Made by a program: the position numbers and the translations under genes. Shown one piece after another: positions 18,345 to 28,008 of a DNA stretch of 33,818 bases (position 1 is its first letter; every line of letters begins with the position of its first letter). The stretch covers positions 1 through 33,818 of the forward strand of contig JBKJLC010000059.1 of NCBI GenBank assembly GCA_046597055.1, given 5' to 3'. Origin of the DNA: Kofleriaceae bacterium (GTDB taxonomy: Bacteria; Myxococcota_A; Polyangia; Haliangiales; Haliangiaceae). The notes under the pieces were generated by a model. It saw only the letters and a program-made list of their open reading frames with translations. It was not told where the DNA came from and searched no databases.

Positions 18345-19565
18345 ATGAGGACCCTGCCGGACATCTACGATCCCGAGATCTACGTCGCCGGCGTTCCCCA
18401 CGACGCCTTCCGCGTCCTGCGCGCCGAGCAGCCGGTCAGCTTCCATCCCGAGCCGGATGGCGGGCCCGGCTTCTGGGCGATCACGAAGTACAGCGACGTC
18501 GTCAACATCTCCAAGGACCCGGGGACGTTCTCCTCCTACAGGGGCGGGACCAACATCCCGGACTACCCGCCTGACAGCCTCGACGTGATCCGGATGCTGA
18601 TGGTCAACATGGACCCGCCGCAGCATACCAAGTTCCGGCGCCTGACCTCCACCGGGTTCACGCCGCGCATGATCGCGCGGATGGAAGACTCGATCCGGCG
18701 GGCCACCCGCCAGATCATCGACGAGGTCATCACCCTGGGCCGCTGCGACTTCGTCACCAAGATCGCGGCCGAGCTGCCGCTGCAGGTGATCGCCGACATC
18801 ATGGGCGTGCCGCAGGAAGACCGGCACCGGGTGTTCGACTGGTCGAATCGCCTGATCGGCTTCGACGACCCCGAGTTCCAGACCTCGCTCGACGACGCCA
18901 AGGAGGCGGCCGCCGAGATCTGGGGCTACGCCAACGAGCTGGCCGAGGGGCGCAAGGGCCAGGAGGGCAAGGACCTGGTCACCGTGCTCATCAACGCCGA
19001 GGTCGACGGCGAGCAGCTCACCGAGATGGAGTTCGACGGCTTCTTCCTCTTGCTCGCGGTCGCCGGCAACGAGACCACGCGCAACCTGATCTCGGGCGGC
19101 ATGCTCGCGCTCATCGAGAACCCGGACGCGCGGGCGCGCCTGCGGGCCGACCCGACCCTGTTGCCGTCGGCGGTCGAGGAGATGCTGCGCTGGGTGACCC
19201 CGGTCATCCACTTCCGCCGCACCGCGACCCGGGACGTCGAGATCCGGGGCCAGCAGGTCAAGGAGGGCGACAAGGTCGTCCTCTACTACACCTCGGCCAA
19301 CCGCGACGAGGAGGTGTTCGCGAACGCCAACGTCTTCGACGTCGGCCGCACACCCAACGAGCACCTCGCGTTCGGCATCGGGCAGCACTCGTGCCTCGGC
19401 CTCAACCTGGCCCGGCTGGAGATCCGGGTGATCTTCGAGGAGATCCTGGCGCGGATGCCCGACCTCGAGCTCGACGGCAAGGTCCGCCGGCTGCGCTCGA
19501 ACTTCATCAACGGCGTGAAGGAGCTGCCGGTCCGGTTCACCCCGGGCGCGCGGAGCGCGCCGTGA
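18345..19565 (+). CDS. Cytochrome P450, CYP125/CYP142-like (probable sterol C26 monooxygenase)
   Basis: GFWAITK, MDPPQH, I-helix LAVAGNETT, EEMLRW (ExxR) and heme motif FGIGQHSCLG; steroid-cluster context. Confidence 0.88.
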   Translation: MRTLPDIYDPEIYVAGVPHDAFRVLRAEQPVSFHPEPDGGPGFWAITKYSDVVNISKDPGTFSSYRGGTNIPDYPPDSLDVIRMLMVNMDPPQHTKFRRLTSTGFTPRMIARMEDSIRRATRQIIDEVITLGRCDFVTKIAAELPLQVIADIMGVPQEDRHRVFDWSNRLIGFDDPEFQTSLDDAKEAAAEIWGYANELAEGRKGQEGKDLVTVLINAEVDGEQLTEMEFDGFFLLLAVAGNETTRNLISGGMLALIENPDARARLRADPTLLPSAVEEMLRWVTPVIHFRRTATRDVEIRGQQVKEGDKVVLYYTSANRDEEVFANANVFDVGRTPNEHLAFGIGQHSCLGLNLARLEIRVIFEEILARMPDLELDGKVRRLRSNFINGVKELPVRFTPGARSAP

Positions 19566-20755
19566 GCGAGGGCGCCGTGGCCGCGCCCAGCGGCGCCGAG
19601 CTGCGCGCCCGCGCGGTCGCGATGCAGCCGGCCCTGGCCGAGCGGGTGGCCGAGGCGGCCAGCCTGCGCCGGCTGCCCGACGCCACCATCGCGGCGTTCC
19701 ACGACGCCGGCTTCTTCCGGATCCTCCAGCCGGCCCGGTGGGGCGGGTTCGAGCACGATCCCCAGGTGTTCTTCGACGTCCAGGCCACGGTCGGCGCCGC
19801 CTGCGCGTCGAGCGCGTGGGTGCTCGGCGTGCTCGCCGTCCACGCCTGGCAGCTCGCGCTGTTCCCGCTCGCGGCCCAGGAAGAGGTCTGGGCCGGCGAC
19901 AACCGCACGCTGATCTCGTCGTCGTACGCGCCGACCGGCAAGGTCGGCCGCGAGCCGGGCGGCTTCAGCCTGTCGGGGCGCTGGTCGTTCTCGAGCGGCT
20001 GCGATCACGCGCAGTGGGCGTTCCTCGGCGGCATGGTGCCGCCCGCGGTCGAGGGTGGACCGCCCGAGATGCGGACGTTCCTGGTGCCGCGCAAGGACTG
20101 GCGCATCGAGGACAACTGGCACGTCATGGGCCTGAAGGGCACCGGCAGCAAGGACGTCGTCGTCGACGGCACCTTCGTGCCCGAGCACCGGACCCACAAG
20201 CTGGTCGACGGCTACAAGCGGTCCAGCCCCGGCAACGAGATCAACCCGGCGCCGCTGTTCCGGATCCCGTTCGGGCAGATCTTCGTGCGCTCGGTGTCGA
20301 CCACCGCGATCGGCATCGCCCAGGGCGCGCTCGACGCCTACCGAAAGAACACCGCGCAGCGGATCGCCGCGTCGGATGGCGCCAAGGTCGCGCTCGACCC
20401 GTCGGCGCAGACGGTCGCCGCCCACGCCGCCGGCGTGATCGAGGACCTGCGCGGCCAGCTCCATCGCAACTTCGACGAGCTGATGACCGCGGCGCGCACC
20501 GGCAGCGAGCTCTTGATCGAGCGCCGGCTCAAGTTCCGCATGGACTCGTCGATGGCGGTGGTGCGCGCGGCGGAGGTGGTCGACGCGCTGTTCACCGAGA
20601 GCGGCGGTCGCGCGATCTTCGACGGCAGCGCGCTGCAACGGGCGTTCCTCGACATCCACGCGGCGCGCGCGCACTACGCCAACAACCCGGAGAAGCCGGG
20701 CCGGAACTTCGGCGGCGTGCTCCTCGGCCAGAAGAACGCCGACTTCTTCGTGTGA
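19562..20755 (+). CDS. hsaA: Flavin-dependent monooxygenase oxygenase subunit, HsaA-like
   Basis: RRLPD..GFFRILQPARWGG, VHAWQLALF...ISSSYAP, WSFSSGCDH, WHVMGLKGTGS; GTGA overlap with the P450 gene. Confidence 0.87.
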   Translation: MSEGAVAAPSGAELRARAVAMQPALAERVAEAASLRRLPDATIAAFHDAGFFRILQPARWGGFEHDPQVFFDVQATVGAACASSAWVLGVLAVHAWQLALFPLAAQEEVWAGDNRTLISSSYAPTGKVGREPGGFSLSGRWSFSSGCDHAQWAFLGGMVPPAVEGGPPEMRTFLVPRKDWRIEDNWHVMGLKGTGSKDVVVDGTFVPEHRTHKLVDGYKRSSPGNEINPAPLFRIPFGQIFVRSVSTTAIGIAQGALDAYRKNTAQRIAASDGAKVALDPSAQTVAAHAAGVIEDLRGQLHRNFDELMTAARTGSELLIERRLKFRMDSSMAVVRAAEVVDALFTESGGRAIFDGSALQRAFLDIHAARAHYANNPEKPGRNFGGVLLGQKNADFFV

Positions 20756-20757
20756 CG

Positions 20758-21711
20758 ATGCAGCCGATCTCGCAGCTGGGCTATCTCGCCTTCGAGGTCA
20801 GCGACCTCGCCGCCTGGGAGACCTTCGCGGTCGACGTGCTTGGCCTGCAGGTCGCGCGCCGCTGGGACGGCGGCCTGGCGCTGCGCATGGACGGCCACGC
20901 GCAGCGCTTCTTCGTCACCACCGGTCCGGCCGACGATCTGGCGGCGATGGGCTGGGAGGTCGCCGACGAGGCGGCGCTGACCGCGGTGATCGCGCGGCTG
21001 ATCGCCGCCGGTCACGAGGTGCACGAGGCCACCGGCGAAGAGACCGCCGCGCGCCAGGTCGTGCGTATGGTGTCGGTGCGCGACCCGGCCGGCACCCGGG
21101 TCGAGATCTCGTTCGGTCCGACGCTGGCGCCGGACCGGTTCGTGTCGAAGCTGGCGCCATCGGGGTTCGTCGCCGACGAGCACGGCCTCGGCCACCTGGT
21201 GTGCAGCGCCCCCGATCCGGCGGCGACCGCGGCCTTCTATCAGGATCTGCTCGGGTTCAAGCTCAGCGACCGCATCGTGTGCGAGTTCTACGGCTACCCG
21301 GTCGACATCACCTTCTTGCACACCAACCCGCGCCACCACTCGCTGGCGTTCGGTGGGGCCCAGCCCAAGCGCCTGCACCACTTCCTGCTGGAGGTGCGCA
21401 GCCTCGACGACGTCGGGGCCGGGCTCGACCGCGCGGTCGCCGCGGGCGTGCGCATCGCGCAGATGATCGGGCGCCATCCCAACGACCGGATGGTGTCGTT
21501 CTACGCGTTCACGCCGTCGGGCTTCCAGTTCGAGTACGGCTGGGGCGGTCGGCTGGTCGACGACGCCACCTGGGAGCCCACGGTCCACGACCGCGTGAGC
21601 GAATGGGGGCATCATCCGCCCGAGCGCTACGCACCGCGGCGGAAGCCGGTTGCGAGCAGCGCGGATGCACCAGCCGCGAGCCGTGTCGAAGGAAGGGAAA
21701 CGCCGAAATGA
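20758..21711 (+). CDS. hsaC: Extradiol ring-cleavage dioxygenase, HsaC/BphC family
   Basis: ISQLGY, GLGHLV, FLHTNPRHHSLA, LHHFLLE and GRHPNDRMVSFY..TPSGFQFEYGW metal/catalytic motifs. Confidence 0.85.
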   Translation: MQPISQLGYLAFEVSDLAAWETFAVDVLGLQVARRWDGGLALRMDGHAQRFFVTTGPADDLAAMGWEVADEAALTAVIARLIAAGHEVHEATGEETAARQVVRMVSVRDPAGTRVEISFGPTLAPDRFVSKLAPSGFVADEHGLGHLVCSAPDPAATAAFYQDLLGFKLSDRIVCEFYGYPVDITFLHTNPRHHSLAFGGAQPKRLHHFLLEVRSLDDVGAGLDRAVAAGVRIAQMIGRHPNDRMVSFYAFTPSGFQFEYGWGGRLVDDATWEPTVHDRVSEWGHHPPERYAPRRKPVASSADAPAASRVEGRETPK

Positions 21712-22538
21712 CCACGACGACCGCCGTGCCGGAAGGCAAGTACCAGGACGTGGGCGACGGCCTGCGCATGCACTATCACGACGTCGGCCGCGGCACGCCG
21801 CTGGTCTTTCTTCATGGTTCGGGGCCGGGCGCGAGCGGCTACAGCAACTTCAAGAAAAACTTCCCGTTCTTCGCCGAGCACGGCCACCGCGCGATCGTCG
21901 TCGACAACGTCGGCTTCGGCTACTCGTCGAAGCCCGACGTCGACTACGCGCTCGACTTCGTGACCGGCGCGGTCAAGCGGCTGCTCGGCAAGCTCGGCAT
22001 CGAGCGGTGCGCGGTGGTCGGCAACTCGCACGGCGGCGCGGTCGGCATCCAGCTGGCGCTCGACGAGCCGGCGCGGGTGTCGAAGCTGGTGCTGATGGCA
22101 CCGGGCGGCCTCGAGGAGCGCGAGGCCTACATGAAGATGGCCGGCATCCGCACGATGATGAAGGTCTTCCTCGGGCCCGACGGCATCAGCCGCGAGGCGA
22201 TGCGCACCGTGTTCAGCCTGCAGCTGTTCGATCCCAGCCGCCTCGACGACCAGACGCTCGACGAGCGGGTCGCGATCGCGCAGGACCAGCCCAAGCGGGT
22301 GATGTCGAGCCTGAGCGTGCCGCACCTGGCGCCGCGCCTGAAGGAGCTGACCTGCCCGGTGCTCGGCTGGTGGGGCATGAACGATCAGTTCTGTCCGCCC
22401 AGCGGCGCGACCACGCTGGCCCGCGAGTGCAGCGACGCCCGGGTGGTGCTGCTGTCGCGCTGCGGCCACTGGGTGATGGTCGAGCATCCGACGCTGTTCA
22501 ACCGGGTCACGCTCGACTTCCTGAACGAGGCCGGGTGA
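21708..22538 (+). CDS. hsaD: Meta-cleavage product hydrolase, HsaD/BphD family
   Basis: LHGSGPGASG.SNF, GNSHGG nucleophile elbow, WG.ND and CGHWVM.EH motifs; ATGA overlap with hsaC. Confidence 0.86.
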   Translation: MTTTTAVPEGKYQDVGDGLRMHYHDVGRGTPLVFLHGSGPGASGYSNFKKNFPFFAEHGHRAIVVDNVGFGYSSKPDVDYALDFVTGAVKRLLGKLGIERCAVVGNSHGGAVGIQLALDEPARVSKLVLMAPGGLEEREAYMKMAGIRTMMKVFLGPDGISREAMRTVFSLQLFDPSRLDDQTLDERVAIAQDQPKRVMSSLSVPHLAPRLKELTCPVLGWWGMNDQFCPPSGATTLARECSDARVVLLSRCGHWVMVEHPTLFNRVTLDFLNEAG

Positions 22539-22544
22539 CGCGGC

Positions 22545-23351
22545 ATGTCGGCTGAGCCTGGCGCGACGCTGTCCGGCGAGGCGGTTCGCCACCACGGCGA
22601 CCAGCTCTACCAGGCGCTGCGCGCCCGCACGACGGTGGCGCCGCTGACCGCGCGGGTGCCCGCCATCACGACGGTCGACGCGTATCACGTGTCGCGCCGC
22701 CTGCTCGAGCGCCGGCTCGCCGACGGCGAGCGCGTGATCGGCAAGAAGATCGGCGTCACCAGCCTCGCGGTCCAGGCGATGCTCGACGTCCACACCCCCG
22801 ACTTCGGCTGGCTGACCGACCGGATGCGCTTCGTGGAGGGGCAGGACGTGCCGATCGGCGCCCAGCTCATCCAGCCCCGCGCCGAGGCCGAGCTCGCGTT
22901 CGTGCTCGCGCGCGACCTGCGCGGGCCCGGCATCACGCCGGGCGACGTGCTGGCGGCCACCGACCACGTGCTGCCGTGCTTCGAGATCGTCGACTCGCGG
23001 ATCGAGGCCTGGAAGATCCGCTACCAGGACACGGTCGCCGACAACGCGTCGTCGGGCCTGTTCCTGATCGGGGCGCCGGCGTCGCCGGCCGGGCTCGACT
23101 TCCCGGCCTGCGAGGTCGCGGTCGAGAAGAACGGTCGCCCGCTGTCGCGCGGCACCGGCGCCGCGGCGATGGGCTCGCCGCTGGTGTGCGTCGCCTGGCT
23201 CGCCAACAAGCTCGCCGAGCTCGGCCACGGTCTCGAGGCCGGCGAGGTGATCCTGAGCGGCTCGCTGGTGCCGCTCGAGCCGGTGGTCCCCGGCGACTGG
23301 ATGCGGATGGACATCCCCGGCGTGGGCGGCACCTCCGTCCGCTTCGTGTAG
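22545..23351 (+). CDS. hsaE: 2-hydroxy-dienoate hydratase (HsaE/MhpD/TesE family)
   Basis: IGKKIGVTS, PDFG, QPRAEAE, EIVDSRI, DTVADNASSG and ILSGS motifs. Confidence 0.88.
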   Translation: MSAEPGATLSGEAVRHHGDQLYQALRARTTVAPLTARVPAITTVDAYHVSRRLLERRLADGERVIGKKIGVTSLAVQAMLDVHTPDFGWLTDRMRFVEGQDVPIGAQLIQPRAEAELAFVLARDLRGPGITPGDVLAATDHVLPCFEIVDSRIEAWKIRYQDTVADNASSGLFLIGAPASPAGLDFPACEVAVEKNGRPLSRGTGAAAMGSPLVCVAWLANKLAELGHGLEAGEVILSGSLVPLEPVVPGDWMRMDIPGVGGTSVRFV

Positions 23352-23444
23352 CCATGGCCGTCTCGACCGCCCCTCGTTCGGGACTTGCTGATCGGCGTGA
23401 TCAGACCCAGCCATCGTTGGGCGCCGCTCACCAACCGTCCGTCC

Positions 23445-23732
23445 TGACCCCGAGCGAGCGCACGCGAGCTCGGTGTCGAAGGACGCCCGACGCCCAGCTT
23501 TCGTTTGGAGGGCGCCCTTCGACTCCGCGCTGCGCTCAGGGCGAACCGGGCGGGGTCGTTTCGATCGCGCCACGACCCAGTTCATCCCCGTTCATCCCGA
23601 GCGCAGGGCGAGCGCCAGCGAGCCCGGAGTCGAAGGGCGCCCTTCCGCCCGCGCTGATGACCCTCTCAACCGCTCTTCTTTCCGGTGTCCCCGGGCGCAG
23701 CGCGTGCGCCCGCGAGCCCGGCGTCGAAGGGC
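23445..23732. repeat. Cluster of four REP-like palindromic units (CCCTGAG...GTCGAAGGGC family)
   Basis: GTCGAAGG at 23475, 23629 and 23723; inverted CCTTCGAC at 23516; perfect 19-bp inverted repeat 23509-23527 / 23625-23643. Confidence 0.8.
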
Positions 23733-23745
23733 CGCAGGTACGCTG

Positions 23746-24663
23746 ATGGCTCCTCCCAGACTGAACGCAGCGATCATCGGGTCGGGCAACATCGGCACCG
23801 ACCTGCTCTACAAGCTCCATCGCAGCACGGTGCTCGCGCCGGTGTGGATGGTCGGCATCGATCCGGCGTCCGAAGGGCTCGCGCGCGCGCGCACGCTCGG
23901 CGTGCAGACGACCTCCGATGGCGTCGACGGCCTGGTGCCCCACCTGGCCCGCGATCAGGTCAAGGTCGTCTTCGACGCGACCAGCGCCTACGCCCACGGC
24001 CAGAACTGGCGAAAGCTCGCCGAGCACGACCTGCTGGTCGTCGACCTGACGCCGGCGGCGATCGGGCCGTACTGCATCCCGCCGGTCAACCTCGACGCCC
24101 ACCTCGCGCTCGCGCTGACCCGCGGCTCGGGTCAGGCCGCGCTCAACGTCAACATGGTGACCTGCGGTGGCCAGGCCACGGTGCCGATGGTGGCCGCGGT
24201 CAGCCGGGTCCAGGACGTCGAGTACGCCGAGATCGTCGCCACCGTGGCGTCGCGCTCGGCCGGGCCCGGCACCCGCAACAACATCGACGAGTTCACCCGC
24301 ACCACCGCGGGCGCGGTCGAGAAGCTGGGCGGCGCCCGACGCGGCAAGGCGATCATCATCCTCAACCCGGCCGAGCCCCCGCTGATCATGCGCGACACCA
24401 TCCACTGCCTGGTCGCCGGCGAGCCCGACGTCGAGGCGATCACGGCGAGCGTGCGCACGATGGTGGCCGAGGTCCAGAAGTACGTGCCCGGCTATCGTCT
24501 CAAGAACGGCCCGATCTTCGACGGCCGCCGGGTCACGGTCTACGTCGAGGTCGAGGGCCTCGGCGACTACCTGCCGCCGTACGCAGGCAACCTCGACATC
24601 ATGACCGCGGCCGCGCTGCGCACCGGCGAGGTGTGGGCCGAGTCGCGCGGGAGGGCCCAGTGA
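23746..24663 (+). CDS. hsaG: Acylating aldehyde dehydrogenase (HsaG/DmpF/MhpF family)
   Basis: [40 protein letters not shown] and YAGNLDIMT motifs. Confidence 0.92.
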   Translation: MAPPRLNAAIIGSGNIGTDLLYKLHRSTVLAPVWMVGIDPASEGLARARTLGVQTTSDGVDGLVPHLARDQVKVVFDATSAYAHGQNWRKLAEHDLLVVDLTPAAIGPYCIPPVNLDAHLALALTRGSGQAALNVNMVTCGGQATVPMVAAVSRVQDVEYAEIVATVASRSAGPGTRNNIDEFTRTTAGAVEKLGGARRGKAIIILNPAEPPLIMRDTIHCLVAGEPDVEAITASVRTMVAEVQKYVPGYRLKNGPIFDGRRVTVYVEVEGLGDYLPPYAGNLDIMTAAALRTGEVWAESRGRAQ

Positions 24664-25703
24664 CCAGCGCCACCAGCCTGCAGGGCCGGAAGGTCGTGCT
24701 GCACGACATGAGCCTGCGCGACGGGATGCACCCGAAGCGTCACCAGATCACGCTCGATCAGATGATCGCGGTCGCCACCGGGCTCGACGCCGCGGGCGTG
24801 CCCCTGATCGAGGTGAGCCATGGCGACGGCCTGGGCGGCGCGTCGATCAACTACGGCTTTCCGCTCCACACCGACCAGGAGTACCTGCGCGCGGTGGTGC
24901 CGCGCATGACGCGCGCGCGGGTGTCGGCCCTGCTGATCCCGGGCATCGGCACCGTCGACGATCTGCGGATGGCGGCCGACTGCGGCGTCACCACGATCCG
25001 CATCGCGACCCACTGCACCGAGGCCGACGTCGCCGTGCAGCACATCGGCCTGGCTCGCCAGCTCGGGCTCGACACCGTGGGCTTCCTGATGATGGCGCAC
25101 ATGATCCCGCCCGAGGCGCTGGTGGCCCAGGCGCGGATCATGGAGCAGGCCGGCGCCAACTGCCTGTACTGCACCGACTCGGCCGGCACCATGCTGCCGG
25201 ACGACGTGCGGGCCCGCATCGCCGCCCTGCGTGCGGGGCTGGCACCGACGACCGAGATCGGCTTTCACGGTCATCACAACCTCGGCATGGGCATCGCAAA
25301 CTCGATCGCCGCGCTCGAGGCCGGCGCGGCCCGCATCGACGGCTCGGCGGCCGGACTCGGCGCCGGCGCCGGCAACACGCCGCTCGAGGTGTTCGTCGCG
25401 GTGCTCGATCGCATGGGCGCCGATCATGGCGTCGACCTCTACAAGATCATGGACGTCGCCGAGGACCTGGTGGTGCCGATGATGGACGTCCCGGTCCGCA
25501 TCGACCGCGACGCGCTGATCCTCGGCTATGCCGGCGTGTACTCGTCGTTCCTGCTGTTCGCGCAGCGCGCCGGCGCGCGCTACGGCGTGTCGGCGCGCGA
25601 CCTGCTGGTCGAGCTCGGCCGTCGCAAGACCGTCGGTGGCCAGGAGGATCTGATCGAGGACCTCGCCCTCGACATGGCGCGGGCCAAGGGCGGCGTCGGG
25701 TGA
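24660..25703 (+). CDS. hsaF: 4-hydroxy-2-oxovalerate/hexanoate aldolase (HsaF/DmpG/BphI family)
   Basis: [27 protein letters not shown] and GYAGVYSSF motifs; GTGA overlap with hsaG. Confidence 0.92.
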   Translation: MTSATSLQGRKVVLHDMSLRDGMHPKRHQITLDQMIAVATGLDAAGVPLIEVSHGDGLGGASINYGFPLHTDQEYLRAVVPRMTRARVSALLIPGIGTVDDLRMAADCGVTTIRIATHCTEADVAVQHIGLARQLGLDTVGFLMMAHMIPPEALVAQARIMEQAGANCLYCTDSAGTMLPDDVRARIAALRAGLAPTTEIGFHGHHNLGMGIANSIAALEAGAARIDGSAAGLGAGAGNTPLEVFVAVLDRMGADHGVDLYKIMDVAEDLVVPMMDVPVRIDRDALILGYAGVYSSFLLFAQRAGARYGVSARDLLVELGRRKTVGGQEDLIEDLALDMARAKGGVG

Positions 25704-26866
25704 CCGACCCGAACGATTTCCGCGCCGAGCTCCGCGCCTGGATCGAGACGAACGCACCGGCGTCGATGCGGACCATCGCGCGGCCGGGCGAGGAGGTCTG
25801 GGGCGGGCGCAACGCCCGGTTCCCATCCGACGACGCCCGGCTCTGGTTCGAGCGCTGCGCCCGGCGCGGCTACACCGCGCCGGCGTGGCCGCGCGAGTAC
25901 GGCGGCGCTGGTCTGTCGACCGAGCAGGCCCGCATCTTCGACGAGGAGATGCGCGCGCTCGGCTGCCGGCGCCCGCTGATCAGCTTCGGCCTGTGGATGC
26001 TGGCGCCGGTGCTGCTCGAGTTCGCCAGCGAGGCGCAGCGCCGCCAGCACCTGCCGCCGATCGCGCGCGGCGAGATCCGCTGGTGCCAGGGCTACAGCGA
26101 GCCGGGCTCTGGCTCCGACCTGGCCAGCCTGTCGACCCGGGCCCTGCGGTCAGGCGACGAGTACATCGTCGATGGCGCCAAGGTGTGGACCTCGCACGCC
26201 GACCTCGCCGACTTCATGTTCTGCCTGGTCCGGACCGATCCGTCGGGGCCCAAGCACGACGGCATCAGCTTCCTGCTCATCGACATGACGTCGCCCGGCA
26301 TCACGGTGCGGCCGGTCCAGCTCATCAGCGGCTCGTCGCCATTCTGCGAGACCCACTTCGAGGGCGTGCGGGTCCCGGCCGCCAACCTGGTCGGCCGCGA
26401 AGGCGGCGGCTGGCAGATCGCCAAGAAGCTGCTCGAGCACGAGCGCACCATCATCTCGGTGATGCGCGACCTCGCGCCCGAGGAGAGCGAGAGCCTGGTC
26501 GCGATGCTGCGCCGCCTCGGTGGCGACGCCGCGATGCGCAACCGCGTGGCCCAGGCCGAGCTCGACTTCCTCTGCAACCGGCTCACCCTCGAGCGCACGC
26601 GCCAGGCCGCGGCCGCCGGGCGCGGGCCGGGCGCGGCCAGCTCGATGTTCAAGCTGTACGGCACCGAGCTCAACAAGCGCCGCAAGGAGCTGCGGGTCGA
26701 GCTCGCCGGCTACCAGGGCATCGGCTGGGATGGCCCCGGCTTCAGCCGCGACGAGCTCCAGCTCACCCGCGAGTGGCTGCGCTCGCGCGCCAACTCGATC
26801 GAGGGCGGCACCAGCGAGATCCAGCTCAACATCATCGCCAAGCGCGTCCTCGGGCTCCCGGATTGA
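25700..26866 (+). CDS. Acyl-CoA dehydrogenase (probable alpha subunit of a heteromeric pair)
   Basis: [24 protein letters not shown] and [14 protein letters not shown] motifs. Confidence 0.9.
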   Translation: MTDPNDFRAELRAWIETNAPASMRTIARPGEEVWGGRNARFPSDDARLWFERCARRGYTAPAWPREYGGAGLSTEQARIFDEEMRALGCRRPLISFGLWMLAPVLLEFASEAQRRQHLPPIARGEIRWCQGYSEPGSGSDLASLSTRALRSGDEYIVDGAKVWTSHADLADFMFCLVRTDPSGPKHDGISFLLIDMTSPGITVRPVQLISGSSPFCETHFEGVRVPAANLVGREGGGWQIAKKLLEHERTIISVMRDLAPEESESLVAMLRRLGGDAAMRNRVAQAELDFLCNRLTLERTRQAAAAGRGPGAASSMFKLYGTELNKRRKELRVELAGYQGIGWDGPGFSRDELQLTREWLRSRANSIEGGTSEIQLNIIAKRVLGLPD

Positions 26867-26868
26867 TC

Positions 26869-28008
26869 ATGGCAAGACTCGTCCTCACGTCCGAACAGGA
26901 GGAGCTGGCGCGCGCGGCGCGTGGCTTCGTCGAGCGCCGGCTGCCGGTCGCGCACCTGCGCAGCCTGCGCGACGCGGGGGAGCCGGCCCGGCTGTCGCGG
27001 CCGGCGTGGCGCGAGATGGCCGAGCTGGGCTGGGCCGGCATCGCGGTCGACGAGGCCCACGGCGGCGCCGGCCTCGGCCTGACCGAGATCGGCGTCGTCA
27101 TGGAGGAGCTCGGTCGCACCCTGGCGCCGACGCCCATGCTGGCCACCGCCGTGATCGGCGCGGCCGCGCTGGCCGCGGGTCCTGACGCCGTGCGCGCCGA
27201 GCACCTGCCTGCGGTCGCCGCTGGCGAGCGCCTGCTCGCGCTGGCCTTCGAGGAGTCCCACTGCTTCGCGCCGTATGTCGGTCGCACCGCCGCGGTGCGT
27301 GGCGATGGCGGCTGGCGCCTCGACGGCACCAAGCGCTTCGTCCTCGACGGCCCCGCGGCCGATGCCGTCATCGTGGTCGCGCGGGTCGCGGGTGAGGCCG
27401 AGGCCCGCGACGGCCTCGCCCTGTTCCTGGTCGACCGCGGCGCCGCCGGGCTCGCGATCGAGCCCCGGTCAATGGTCGACGGCCGCGGCGCGGCCCAGGT
27501 CACCCTCGCCGACGTCCGGGTGGCGGACAGCCACGTGCTCGGCACGCCCGGGCAGGGCGCCGACCTCCTCGATCGCTTGCTGGCCCGCGCCACCGCCGCG
27601 CTCGCCGCCGAGATGCTCGGCGCCAGCGACGCCGTCTTCGCCACGACGATCGCGTACCTCAAGGAGCGCCGTCAGTTCGGCGTCGTGATCGGCTCGTTCC
27701 AGGCGCTCAAGCACCGCGCCGCCCACATGTTCTGCGAGCTCGAGCTGACCCGCTCGGTCGTCCGCGCCGCGCTCGCCGCGCTCGACACCGACGCGGCCGA
27801 CGCCGAGACCCTGGTCAGCGCGGCCAAGGCCCGCGCGTCCGACACCTTCCTGCTCGTCAGCGGCGAGGCGGTCCAGATGCACGGCGGCATCGGCGTCACC
27901 GACGACCTCGACGTCGGCTTCTACTACAAGCGGGCCCGGGTCGCCGACCTCACCTTCGGCAGCGCCGGCTACCACCGCGACCGCTTCGCCCGCCTGAACG
28001 GCTTCTGA
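26869..28008 (+). CDS. Acyl-CoA dehydrogenase (probable beta subunit)
   Basis: RRQFG..IGSFQALKH and QMHGGIG motifs; starts 2 nt after the partner gene. Confidence 0.9.
   Translation: MARLVLTSEQEELARAARGFVERRLPVAHLRSLRDAGEPARLSRPAWREMAELGWAGIAVDEAHGGAGLGLTEIGVVMEELGRTLAPTPMLATAVIGAAALAAGPDAVRAEHLPAVAAGERLLALAFEESHCFAPYVGRTAAVRGDGGWRLDGTKRFVLDGPAADAVIVVARVAGEAEARDGLALFLVDRGAAGLAIEPRSMVDGRGAAQVTLADVRVADSHVLGTPGQGADLLDRLLARATAALAAEMLGASDAVFATTIAYLKERRQFGVVIGSFQALKHRAAHMFCELELTRSVVRAALAALDTDAADAETLVSAAKARASDTFLLVSGEAVQMHGGIGVTDDLDVGFYYKRARVADLTFGSAGYHRDRFARLNGF

Noticed and set aside
23473..23745. N-terminal extension of HsaG in the ORF track
   Set aside because: It is translated repeat DNA; family similarity begins at ATG 23746.
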